Part shown: piece after piece, positions 38,578-47,190 of the stretch
Layout: each line of letters begins with the position of its first letter
Position numbering within the stretch: the stretch's first letter is position 1
Origin: Myxococcales bacterium
Lineage (GTDB): Bacteria > Myxococcota_A > Polyangia > Palsa-1104
Assembly: GCA_043741435.1 (NCBI GenBank)
Contig: JAYUBF010000272.1
Span: 3,387-67,386 of the forward strand
Length of the DNA stretch: 64,000 nucleotides
Direction: 5' to 3'
The notes under the pieces: model-generated
What the model was told of the DNA's origin: nothing
Databases searched by the model: none
Seen by the model: only the letters and a program-made list of their open reading frames with translations
Position numbers and translations under genes: made by a program

Positions 38578-39561
38578 TTGCCCAGGTCTTCTGCGCCAGA
38601 TACTCTCTGGCGCGTGTCACGCATCACGCTCATCACCCTCGCGCAGCTCGTGTGCCTGGCCGTGGCCTTCACCGTCGCTGCGCCAGCGCACGCCGTGATA
38701 GACATATCGAAGGTGCCGCTCGCACCGAAGACCGATCATTCCAAGATCGATGGGCCCCTACCCGACAAGCTGCCACTCCTCGGCAAGGTGAAGGAGTGCT
38801 GCGGCTATCCACTCTCGCCTCGCGAGGGCTTCCGCCTCTCCTTCTATTGGCTCGCGTACGAGATCGAATACGCCAACCTCAAGTACGACACCGACATCTA
38901 CACGCGGCAGGGCTACTTCCTCGGTCGCTATCCGTCGGCGTTCGTCTACGAGCTGAAACTCGAAGGCACCGGCGTGCTCAACGATGGCCGTGTCATCAAC
39001 TACGACGGCGAGTGCGGTTACGGCATGGGCACGTGCTTTCGCACGCTCGACATCGCGACCCACCCGCTCGGCACGGGTGTGCAATCGCGACCGCTCGTCG
39101 CGTTTCGTTCCATCGCCGTCGATCCGCGCTACATCCCGATCGGGTCCACGGTGTACGTGCCCGAGCTGGTGGGCATCGAGCTCCCCGATGGCAGCAAGCA
39201 TGACGGGTGTCTGCGCGCCGACGACCAAGGTGGCGCCATCAAGGAGCACAAACTCGACTTCTTCGTCGAGAGCTACTTCAATTTCAAGTTCATCGCCGAC
39301 AACCTGTGGTGGCGCATGAAGGCCACGCCGCACCTCGACGAGCCACGCTGCGCGTACCTGCGGCTCTCCGAGTTTCGCGATCGCGATCTCGATCGATCCG
39401 ACTACGTGAAGATGCACAACAAGTGGCGCCAGGCCCGCGGTCACGAGCGCGTCATCCAGGCGAAGGTGCGCCGCAATCGGCAGATCGCGCAACGCTGGCT
39501 CGAGCGCCACGGCGGCAAGGCCGCTGCGAAGACGACCAAGAAGGCAGGAGGCAAGAAGTAA
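38578..39561 (+). CDS. 3D-domain (MltA-like) cell-wall protein, secreted
   Basis: Signal peptide '...LVCLAVAFTVAAPAHA'. The motifs 'RSIAVDPRYIPIGSTVYVPEL' and 'RADDQGGAIKEHKLDFF' match the three-Asp 3D domain pattern. Confidence 0.7.
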   Translation: MPRSSAPDTLWRVSRITLITLAQLVCLAVAFTVAAPAHAVIDISKVPLAPKTDHSKIDGPLPDKLPLLGKVKECCGYPLSPREGFRLSFYWLAYEIEYANLKYDTDIYTRQGYFLGRYPSAFVYELKLEGTGVLNDGRVINYDGECGYGMGTCFRTLDIATHPLGTGVQSRPLVAFRSIAVDPRYIPIGSTVYVPELVGIELPDGSKHDGCLRADDQGGAIKEHKLDFFVESYFNFKFIADNLWWRMKATPHLDEPRCAYLRLSEFRDRDLDRSDYVKMHNKWRQARGHERVIQAKVRRNRQIAQRWLERHGGKAAAKTTKKAGGKK

Positions 39562-39968
39562 TGCTCGCGGGACTCATGGAAGGCCTCGGTCTCGGTGCGG
39601 CGCGCGATGCGAAGCGCCTCATCGGCTACCTGCGCTGCGACGCCTTGCGGGTCGCCACCCCCGATGACACCGTCGGTCGCGCGCTCACGAAGGCGCGACA
39701 CCGACCGGTCGCCGTGCAAGAAGGCGCTGAAGCGGATGCTGCGCTGGCGCTCGGCCTGCCGGACGGTGACGAAGGCGTGTCCGCCCTGGAAGCGCTCATC
39801 GCGTCCGCGCGCACTGGCGCGTTGGTGGCCGTCGTCAGCCCATCGGGCCTCGGCCAAGAAGGCGAGCGCGCGCGCACCGCGGGCTTGTTCTTGCGCGCGG
39901 GTCTCGTGAAGCTTCGGCAAGACGACGAGCGTGGTGTCCCGGTGACCCGCGGCTACGTGACTCGGTAA
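39561..39968 (+). CDS. Hypothetical protein (135 aa)
   Basis: The ATG overlaps the TAA of the 3D-domain gene by 1 nt (TAATG). G/C third-position bias is strong. No motif recognised. Confidence 0.5.
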   Translation: MLAGLMEGLGLGAARDAKRLIGYLRCDALRVATPDDTVGRALTKARHRPVAVQEGAEADAALALGLPDGDEGVSALEALIASARTGALVAVVSPSGLGQEGERARTAGLFLRAGLVKLRQDDERGVPVTRGYVTR

Positions 39969-40051
39969 CGCAGCAGGAGCGAGGAGACGTTGATGAGGGT
40001 CAAGCTCGGGGTCGGTGCCACGTTGCTGTCGAGCGCGCTGCCCACGGAGCC

Positions 40052-42028
40052 GTGATGCTTTCGCTGCGCGCCGGCTCGTTGCCCGCCGGCGCGGGCCGGA
40101 AGGCACAGATGCTCGGCCGGCTTCACGCTGCGGGGCTGCCGGTCCTCGACGGCTGCGTGTTGCTCGATGGTGAGGCGTTCGACGTAGCAGCACGCCAGCA
40201 GCTCGTGGCGCTCGGCGTGGGCCCCTACGCGATACGCTCGTCGAGCCCGCTCGAGGACGGCGCGCAGGCCAGCGCCGCGGGCTTGTACGAGAGCTTGGTC
40301 GACGTTGCGTTCGACGATGTGCCTCTGGCGATCGAGCGCGTGCGGGCTTCGGCGACCTCGGTCGAGGTGATCGCCTACCTCGAGGCGCGCGCGCTCGAAC
40401 CCATACCGATCGCCGTGTTGTTGCAACCCATGGCGCAGGCGCACACGCTGGGTGTCGCCAGCGGCGACGAGCGCGGCTTCAGCCTGGAGGAGCGCGAGTC
40501 CGGTACCCCGGAGTGGAGCGATTCGCTGGCGCTGCGACTGGCGCGAACATCGGAGCATCCGGTCGCCCAGCTGCTGCGGCGCGTGGAGCGATTGGTGACC
40601 GGCGCAGTGCAGGTCGAGTACGCGCGCAGCGATGACCAATTGATCCTGCTGCAGGTGCGACCTTCCACCGCGACGATGCATCGACGCACGACGACGCGCA
40701 GGTTGCCACCGGGTCGTTGGCGCCTCGATGCCGAGCACAACCCGGATCCGCTCTCCGCAGCACAAGCAGGTCTCGTGGCCCTGCTCGACGGGCCGCGCTT
40801 CGGTCCTCGCAGTCGCGTGATCGAGGGCTATCTCTACGTTCGCGAAGATCTCCCCGCGCGCGCCAGCACCGACGTCGATCCCCTCGTGGCGCTGCGACGC
40901 TTCCACGAAGTGCTCGAGCCGGCGTTGCTGCGTGTCCTGCGTGATGCGCTCGGCAGGCCACTTCCCGACGCGCTCGTCACCTATCGCGAGGTGCTGACCC
41001 GCTACGCCACGGAGGTGAGGCCCGCGCTGCGAGCCGAGCGAAAGGCGTTCGAGACCTTCATTTCCGCGGAGCTCGGCGATCGCAACGTCGCGGTCGGCAT
41101 CCTCCTCGGGGGCAGTGGAGGCACCACCAGCGAGCGCGATCATGCGCTCTATGCGCTGGGGCGAACGCCCACGCCCGCGCGGCTGCGTACCTATCTCGCC
41201 GAGTTCGGAGCGTACGCAGCTTCCTGGGACGTGGCGACGCCCAGCGACGATGAAGACCCCGAGCGGTTGCTCGCCGCCGCGGCCCGACGAGCGCGCGGCA
41301 CCGATCCCGTGCTCGCCGAGCAGACGGCTCGTACGCACGCCGAAGCGGCTGCCGAGGCCTTGCGCCGCCGCCTCTCGCCTCACGCGCGGTCCGTGCTCGA
41401 TCGTCGGTGGGCCGCGCTCCGTGCCGCGCACCGGCTCGGCGAGAGTGACGATCGGTTGTTCTTCGAAGCACAACGCTTGGTGCGACAGGCGCTCTTGCAC
41501 CGCGGTGGTGAGCTGGGCCGGCGTGGCGCGCTCGCCACCATCGACGACGTGTTCCATCTGTCGCTCGCTCGCGCGCTCGAGGGCACCGGTGACCTACGCG
41601 TCGAAGCGGACGCTGGACGTGGCGCACGCATCCGCGCTCGATCGACCGTCCCGCCGTTGCGCATCGTCGATCGGGTTCCCCAAGAGCGTGTGCTCGACGG
41701 TCGCACGATCTTGCGAGGCCGGCCGGCCGGGGGGATCGCGCGCGGCATTGCCGTCGTCGTTCCGTCGCTGGAGCAGACGCTGGACGATCTCCCGGACGAC
41801 GCGGTGCTGGTATTACCCGCGGCCTTGCCCTCGTTGGCCCCGCACATGTCGCGCCTGCGCGGCCTCGTGACCGAGCACGGGGGCGCGCTCAGCCACGCAG
41901 CGACCCTCGCGAGAGAAAGTGGAGTGGCCGCAGTGGTGGGCGTCGCGGGTGCCCTGCGGATCCCGAACGGCGCCGAGGTCTACGTGGACGGTGTCCGCGG
42001 TCGCGTCATCGTGTTGCGACCGCGGTAG
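40052..42028 (+). CDS. PEP-utilising enzyme (PpsA/PPDK-like ATP-grasp plus swivelling phospho-His domain)
   Basis: The N-terminus 'GRKAQMLGRLHAAGLPVLDG' and 'YAIRSSSPLEDGAQASAAGLYES' is PPDK_N-like. The C-terminus 'LRGLVTEHGGALSHAATLARESGVAAVVGV' is the mobile domain with the catalytic His. Confidence 0.8.
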   Translation: MMLSLRAGSLPAGAGRKAQMLGRLHAAGLPVLDGCVLLDGEAFDVAARQQLVALGVGPYAIRSSSPLEDGAQASAAGLYESLVDVAFDDVPLAIERVRASATSVEVIAYLEARALEPIPIAVLLQPMAQAHTLGVASGDERGFSLEERESGTPEWSDSLALRLARTSEHPVAQLLRRVERLVTGAVQVEYARSDDQLILLQVRPSTATMHRRTTTRRLPPGRWRLDAEHNPDPLSAAQAGLVALLDGPRFGPRSRVIEGYLYVREDLPARASTDVDPLVALRRFHEVLEPALLRVLRDALGRPLPDALVTYREVLTRYATEVRPALRAERKAFETFISAELGDRNVAVGILLGGSGGTTSERDHALYALGRTPTPARLRTYLAEFGAYAASWDVATPSDDEDPERLLAAAARRARGTDPVLAEQTARTHAEAAAEALRRRLSPHARSVLDRRWAALRAAHRLGESDDRLFFEAQRLVRQALLHRGGELGRRGALATIDDVFHLSLARALEGTGDLRVEADAGRGARIRARSTVPPLRIVDRVPQERVLDGRTILRGRPAGGIARGIAVVVPSLEQTLDDLPDDAVLVLPAALPSLAPHMSRLRGLVTEHGGALSHAATLARESGVAAVVGVAGALRIPNGAEVYVDGVRGRVIVLRPR

Positions 42029-42031
42029 GCG

Positions 42032-42379
42032 CTACTCGTCGTCTCCGTCGCCTTCGTCGTCATCCGAATCCGCAGGCTCGTTCTTGAGGACCGCACGGCT
42101 GGCGTTGACGCGCTCCCGTAGCTCTTTGCCCACTTTGAAGAACGGCAGACGCTTTTGCGCGACGGGGACGATCTCGCCCGTACGCGGGTTGCGGCCATCG
42201 TAGGCGCGGTAGTTGCGAATGGTGAAGCTGCCAAAACCACGAATCTCGATGCCCTGACCGTCCTTGAGGGCATCCACCATCGCATTGAACACCGTGTCCA
42301 CGATCTGCTCCGCGCGCGCTTTCGCGAGGTGCAGCTTGTCCGCAATAGAGTCGATGAGCTCGCTTTTCGTGACGGGCAT
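42032..42379 (-). CDS. ihfB: Integration host factor beta subunit with acidic C-terminal tail
   Basis: Motifs 'TKSELID', 'IEIRGFGSFTIRNYRAYDGRNPRTGEIV' and 'FKVGKELRERV'. There are about 20 extra residues 'NEPADSDDDEGDGDDE'. Confidence 0.85.
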   Translation of the reverse strand: MPVTKSELIDSIADKLHLAKARAEQIVDTVFNAMVDALKDGQGIEIRGFGSFTIRNYRAYDGRNPRTGEIVPVAQKRLPFFKVGKELRERVNASRAVLKNEPADSDDDEGDGDDE

Positions 42380-42393
42380 AGGAACTGATGACG

Positions 42394-43365
42394 CTAGCGA
42401 GAATTCGCTCCGGGTTCAAGCGGGGGGGCTGCTGCTGCTGCTGCTTGGGCGGGAAGGTGACCCGCTGCTGTCCACCGTCGATACGCCGCGTAGAAGCTGT
42501 ATTCGTCGCAGTTGTGGCGGCCGTAGAAGTCGATCACGTCGCTCCAGCGCACGCCGTTCTTGCCCTCCGACGCGGTCCGGATCTCGCGCCAGGGGACGAA
42601 CACGCACGGCTTCAGCTTGTCCGGTGGGCTGTGGCCTGCGCTGTAGCGCTCGTCGAGCAAGGCCTGGGTCGGGATGAGCCGGCTTACATAGTAGTAGCCG
42701 AGGTCGGACAGCTCCATCGTCTGCACTGCACGAATCTCGAGCGTCGAGCCCTTGGACCACAGGCACTCGGTGCGCTGCACGGTCTCACCCGGCTTGAGCG
42801 CCAGCGCATTTTGCGCAAGCGTGCCCTTGCTCTTGCAGTGGGCGGAGTCCGGCATCCACGTATCCACGCGATACGCGAGAGGCCGATCCGTCTTGTTCGT
42901 GATGCTGAGGAGGATGTGCTCGACGCGCATGCGCTGGGCATCGCCGGTCATCGACCATTCCTTCGAGACCCGGCTCGCGATGCGCAGGTGGGGCGTCTCA
43001 ACCGCGTCCTTCTCCACCTTCAGGCTTCGTGGCTCGGGCAGCTCGTCGAAGTAGGCGAGCGGTGCCGCCATCGCCGCCACGGTGGGCACGGGCAGGTTGA
43101 GCTTCTTGGCGTCCTGATCGAGGACGGCCTGGTAGTAGCCGACCGTGTATTTGAGGCTGGTATTCACCGCGCGCTCGATGGGAACCGCGGCGGGTGGCTT
43201 CACCGGTGGTGGCGCGTCCTTGAGGAACCGGGTTCCCAGCACGGCGACGATCACGACCACGGCGCACAGGACCAGCCCGAAACCCAGCATCGTGTTGCTG
43301 GACATGCCTTCCGAATCGTTACCCGCCATCGGACTACGGTACGTCGGTGGAGTGGCGCGGCGCAA
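42394..43365 (-). CDS. Hypothetical membrane-anchored protein
   Basis: Single TM helix 'MLGFGLVLCAVVVIVAVLG', then a Cys-containing extracytoplasmic region. The start is uncertain, with internal Met codons at 43329 and later. Confidence 0.55.
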   Translation of the reverse strand: MRRATPPTYRSPMAGNDSEGMSSNTMLGFGLVLCAVVVIVAVLGTRFLKDAPPPVKPPAAVPIERAVNTSLKYTVGYYQAVLDQDAKKLNLPVPTVAAMAAPLAYFDELPEPRSLKVEKDAVETPHLRIASRVSKEWSMTGDAQRMRVEHILLSITNKTDRPLAYRVDTWMPDSAHCKSKGTLAQNALALKPGETVQRTECLWSKGSTLEIRAVQTMELSDLGYYYVSRLIPTQALLDERYSAGHSPPDKLKPCVFVPWREIRTASEGKNGVRWSDVIDFYGRHNCDEYSFYAAYRRWTAAGHLPAQAAAAAAPPLEPGANSR

Positions 43366-43425
43366 ATTGCGGCCCCGTCAAGCGTTGACGTGGGCCCCCT
43401 CGGTCCGACCTAATGGAAAGCTGCC

Positions 43426-44127
43426 ATGTGTCTCCGTACGCTCAGCAGCACGCCCTCCCGGGCCGCGAAGTGGCTCGTGCTGGCGTGCGTCGTGCTCGCG
43501 AGCGCAACGGGGTTCGCCGATCGCCTCGCGTCGCTCGAGAAAGCGACGCACGACCCCAGCTGGCGCGTTCGCCTCCAGGCGGCCGCCGTGCTCGCGCGCT
43601 CGAAGGACGAGCATGCGATCCCCATCCTCCAGCGCCTCACGCGCGACGACCAGGCCACCGTGCGTCGCTTCGCGACCGACGCCCTCGAGCGTCTGCGCGC
43701 GGCGCATCCTCCGTCGCACTCCGGCAATGTCCACATCGCGATCGGGGGCGTGGGTGCCAAGACGAAGAACGCCACGCCGCAGATGACGCAGCGCTTGCGT
43801 GAGCTGCTGCTCCGCGAGTTCGCCAACACGCCGGGCATGACGATCGACGGGCAACCCGTCAGCGGCTTTCTCATCGACAGCTCCATCACCGCGCTCAACC
43901 GACGGGACACGCGCGAGTGGGTGGAGATCAGCTGCGAGATCAGCGTCATCGTCGGGCGCTTGCCCTCGAAGGCGATGGTGATGATGACCTCTGGTGGTGC
44001 GACGGTGCAGCAACCGCGCGGCGGCTTTCGCAACGAGCTCGCCGCCGGGCTCGAGGCCGATGCCCTCGAGGGTGCGGTCAAGGGTGCACACGAGAACCTG
44101 CTCAGCTACCTTCGCCGGCAGCGATAG
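43426..44127 (+). CDS. Secreted HEAT-repeat protein
   Basis: Signal peptide 'KWLVLACVVLASATGFA'. The HEAT-like 'DPSWRVRLQAAAVLARSKDEHAIPILQRLTRDDQATVRRFATDAL' follows. It ends 3 nt before addB. Confidence 0.55.
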   Translation: MCLRTLSSTPSRAAKWLVLACVVLASATGFADRLASLEKATHDPSWRVRLQAAAVLARSKDEHAIPILQRLTRDDQATVRRFATDALERLRAAHPPSHSGNVHIAIGGVGAKTKNATPQMTQRLRELLLREFANTPGMTIDGQPVSGFLIDSSITALNRRDTREWVEISCEISVIVGRLPSKAMVMMTSGGATVQQPRGGFRNELAAGLEADALEGAVKGAHENLLSYLRRQR

Positions 44128-44130
44128 CTC

Positions 44131-47100
44131 ATGCCGCGCCTGCACCTGTTCCCCACCGAAGCTGCGCTCGAGGTGGCCCTCGAAGAATTCATTCGGGCCC
44201 GGACGCAGGCTGAAGGCACTCTCGAAGTGGGTCGGGGGCTGACCTCCGTGCCCCGCCTCCTGCGCGAAGCGAGCGTCGGCGCACCGCGCGAGCTGGGCCG
44301 GCTCGCGGAAGGTCTGTTGGTGCGTGCGCTGTGCGCCGATGGCTGGGGCGAGGGGCCCATGCCAGCGTCGTTCGCACCGCGGGTGTCCGTCGCGCTCGCG
44401 GCGTTGCGTCGCGCGGGGGTCGCGCCGAGCGCGTTGCGCGCCGTGGCCTCGGTGTTGCCACCCGCCGCGAAGCACGATGCGCAGCGCTTTGGCGCCGCGC
44501 TCGCCCGCTACGAGGCGATGCTGGGCGAGCGTCGCGACGAGGCGGCAAGCGTTCGTCTCGCGCTGCAGAACATCGCCCAGGAGCCGCTGCCCAGCCTCGT
44601 CGAGATCGTGGAGGTCGAGGTCCATGACGCGGCGCCGATCGATCCGTTGACGCGCCTCGTGGTCGAGGCCCTCTCGCGCCGCGGGCTCACGGTACGCTGT
44701 CGTATTCCCGACGCGCCGCCCGCGCGTGCGAGCGGCGCGGGTGCCCGCTACGAAGAGGCTTTGGCCGCGTCCGTGACGCTGGCGCTCGATGGCCTCGAGG
44801 CGATCGAGCTCGACCACCTCGAGCGTCGCAGCGCCACGCTCGGGCCGGGTCCGCTGCCGGACGTGGCCGTGCTGCCCACGCCAGAGCTCGAGGCGAGGGC
44901 GGTCGCGAAGCGGGTCCGAGACGAGATCGCGGCTGGCGCGTCGCCCGACGAGATCACCGTGGTCGCGACGAGCCGCGAGCAACGCTCACGCATCGTCGGT
45001 GCGCTTCAGCGCTACGAAGTGCCGGTCGAGGCGGCGGTCGGAGACCCGCTGGCAGAGTCGGGACTCGCCGCCGTAGTTCGCGCGCTGCTCACGCTCACGG
45101 AGTCACGCATCGCGCGCGACGGGCTCGCGGCGTTGCTGTCGTCGCGCTATCTCGCCGCGCCGCGCACGGCCGAAGGCAAGGTGATGGCGCGTGCTCGCAT
45201 CGCAGCGCTCATGCGCGCGGCGCTCCCCACCAGCGCGCGTGTCGCAGATTGGCGCGGGAACCTCACGCGTTGGGTGGCCGCGCAGCCGGCAGCGAGACGA
45301 GGTGAAGCCGAGGCGCTCGCACGCCACGTGCTGCACGCGCGCTCGCTCCTCGAGTCGTTGCCGGAGCGCGCCACGTTGACGGTCCACGCCGCCGCGCTCA
45401 CGAGCGTGCTCGACCGGCTGGGCCTGGCTGCGATCCCGGTGACGCGGGCCGAGGCCATCGTCGGTGCGCGTGCCGAGGCATGGGCCCGCGACGAGGCCAC
45501 CGCGCGTGCTTTGTTCGCCTGGCTCGAAGAGCTTCCGGTCGCGGCCGCGCGTTGTGGCCTCGGCGATCGGCGCTGGACGCGCGCCGAGGTCACCGACCTC
45601 GCGCGAGAGCACCTGGAAGGCATGCGCACGGTGTCACCGGCGGGTCGCGGCGCCGCGGTCACGGTGTGTGGGCTCGACCGGTTGCCGGTGCGCTCGCTGC
45701 GCCTGCTGGTGCTCACCGGCATGGACGATGCTGCGCTGCAACGCGCCAGCGACGATCCGCTGATCCACGAGGAGACTCGTCGGACGCTGGGCCGCGCCCT
45801 CGGTCGCCCGGTGTTCTCGACGCCGGGACAAGAAGAAGCACGCGAGCGCATCCGGCTAGCACAGGTGCGTGGGCGCGCGGCACGGGTGCTCGTCACGCTC
45901 GCCCGCATCGACGCCATGGGTCGCGCGGTGCTCGCCGGTGAAGTGGTGACGCACGCGCGCTCGCTCGGCGCACCGGAGTCGCGGCCCCCGTCCGCGCTCA
46001 TCCCGAGCTGCGAAGACGCGCGCACGATGTCCGAGCTCATGGCGCGGCTCCTCGTCGAGGAGGGCGGCGACGAAGCCCAGCGTGAGGGACTGTCCGAAGC
46101 TGCCCGCCACACGTTGCGTGAGCGCTTGCACGAGCGCGTGGATCGACGTCTCGACGTCGCCACGCGGCGCGCGGAGACGGAGCGGGTGCGCGAGGCCTTC
46201 TTCGCGGGCGACGCACCGGCCGGATCGTACGATGGTCGCGTAACCGACGCTGGCGTGCTGGCGCGGCTCACGGAGCGAGTGCTGCCGGGCGTCGCCGCGC
46301 GTGCGCTCTCGGCCTCCACGCTCACGCAGCACGCGCAGTGCCCGGCGCGCTTCTTCTTCGAGTCCGTGGTACGAGCGCGTCCCGGCGACGAGCAAGAAGA
46401 CGAGCTCGACGAGCGCGCCTCCGGCACGCTGGCTCACCTCGTGCTGGAGCGGATGTTCACCGCGTGGCGCGAGGCGGAATTGTTTCCCTTGTCCGGCCGG
46501 CCCGAGGAGGGCGCGCTCATCGACGGCGCGCTGACGCAAGCCGTCGAACGCTTCTCCGTCGATCAGCCGCTCGGCAATCCCATCCTCTTCGCGGTGCGGC
46601 GGCGCGCGCTTCGGCGCTTGATGGATGCGGTGTGGCAGCTCGAGGTGTCGACGAGAACGCGTGACGGTCTCGTTCCGCACGCCTTCGAGCTGCGCTTCGA
46701 CGCGGTGCCGGTTCCAGGTGGCGTCGACAGTGAGCCACCGCTGTTCGTGCGGGGCAGCATCGATCGTGTCGATCGTTCGGGAGATGGCCGTCGTGCCGCG
46801 GTGTTCGACTACAAGAGCGCTCGGCTGCAGTCGGTCGTGCCCGATCTCAAGGAAGAAGCGCTCGCCGAGACCAGCTGGCAGTTGCCGATCTATGCAGCGG
46901 TGATCCGCGAGCAGCTGCGGGTCGACGACGTGCAGATGGTCTACTACTCCCTGCGCGATCTAGGCACCAAGGGAGAGCCCGCACCGTCGTGGGTGCGATT
47001 CTCGCCCGACGATCGGGCCGCGCAGCCTCTGTTGTCGCAGCGCATCTGGGAGCGCGTCACGTCGATGCGTAGCGGTCACTTCGAGGTGGTGCCTCGCGCG

Positions 47101-47190
47101 CGTGCGTGCGAGCGCTGCCGCATGCAACCGGTTTGCCGTGTGGCGGAGCGGCTCGGCGAGGAGCAGCTCACCGAGGAGACGGAGCAGTGA
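44131..47190 (+). CDS. addB: AddB-type helicase-nuclease subunit (PD-(D/E)XK nuclease with Fe-S cysteines)
   Basis: 1019 aa. The C-terminal nuclease motif is 'GSIDRVDR...AVFDYKSAR'. The four-Cys pattern is 'CPARFF ... CERCRMQPVC'. Confidence 0.75.
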   Translation: MPRLHLFPTEAALEVALEEFIRARTQAEGTLEVGRGLTSVPRLLREASVGAPRELGRLAEGLLVRALCADGWGEGPMPASFAPRVSVALAALRRAGVAPSALRAVASVLPPAAKHDAQRFGAALARYEAMLGERRDEAASVRLALQNIAQEPLPSLVEIVEVEVHDAAPIDPLTRLVVEALSRRGLTVRCRIPDAPPARASGAGARYEEALAASVTLALDGLEAIELDHLERRSATLGPGPLPDVAVLPTPELEARAVAKRVRDEIAAGASPDEITVVATSREQRSRIVGALQRYEVPVEAAVGDPLAESGLAAVVRALLTLTESRIARDGLAALLSSRYLAAPRTAEGKVMARARIAALMRAALPTSARVADWRGNLTRWVAAQPAARRGEAEALARHVLHARSLLESLPERATLTVHAAALTSVLDRLGLAAIPVTRAEAIVGARAEAWARDEATARALFAWLEELPVAAARCGLGDRRWTRAEVTDLAREHLEGMRTVSPAGRGAAVTVCGLDRLPVRSLRLLVLTGMDDAALQRASDDPLIHEETRRTLGRALGRPVFSTPGQEEARERIRLAQVRGRAARVLVTLARIDAMGRAVLAGEVVTHARSLGAPESRPPSALIPSCEDARTMSELMARLLVEEGGDEAQREGLSEAARHTLRERLHERVDRRLDVATRRAETERVREAFFAGDAPAGSYDGRVTDAGVLARLTERVLPGVAARALSASTLTQHAQCPARFFFESVVRARPGDEQEDELDERASGTLAHLVLERMFTAWREAELFPLSGRPEEGALIDGALTQAVERFSVDQPLGNPILFAVRRRALRRLMDAVWQLEVSTRTRDGLVPHAFELRFDAVPVPGGVDSEPPLFVRGSIDRVDRSGDGRRAAVFDYKSARLQSVVPDLKEEALAETSWQLPIYAAVIREQLRVDDVQMVYYSLRDLGTKGEPAPSWVRFSPDDRAAQPLLSQRIWERVTSMRSGHFEVVPRARACERCRMQPVCRVAERLGEEQLTEETEQ

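Noticed and set aside
39953-41557. 534-aa minus ORF, and similar long ORFs at 43378-44982, 45147-46427, 48255-49577, 55948-57303, 58645-59853, 34814-36085 and 17524-18525
   Set aside because: All are antisense or out-of-frame shadows of genes with recognisable motifs (PEP-utilising enzyme, addB, addA, the TPR giant, the MTase-like and lipoprotein genes, the metallopeptidase).
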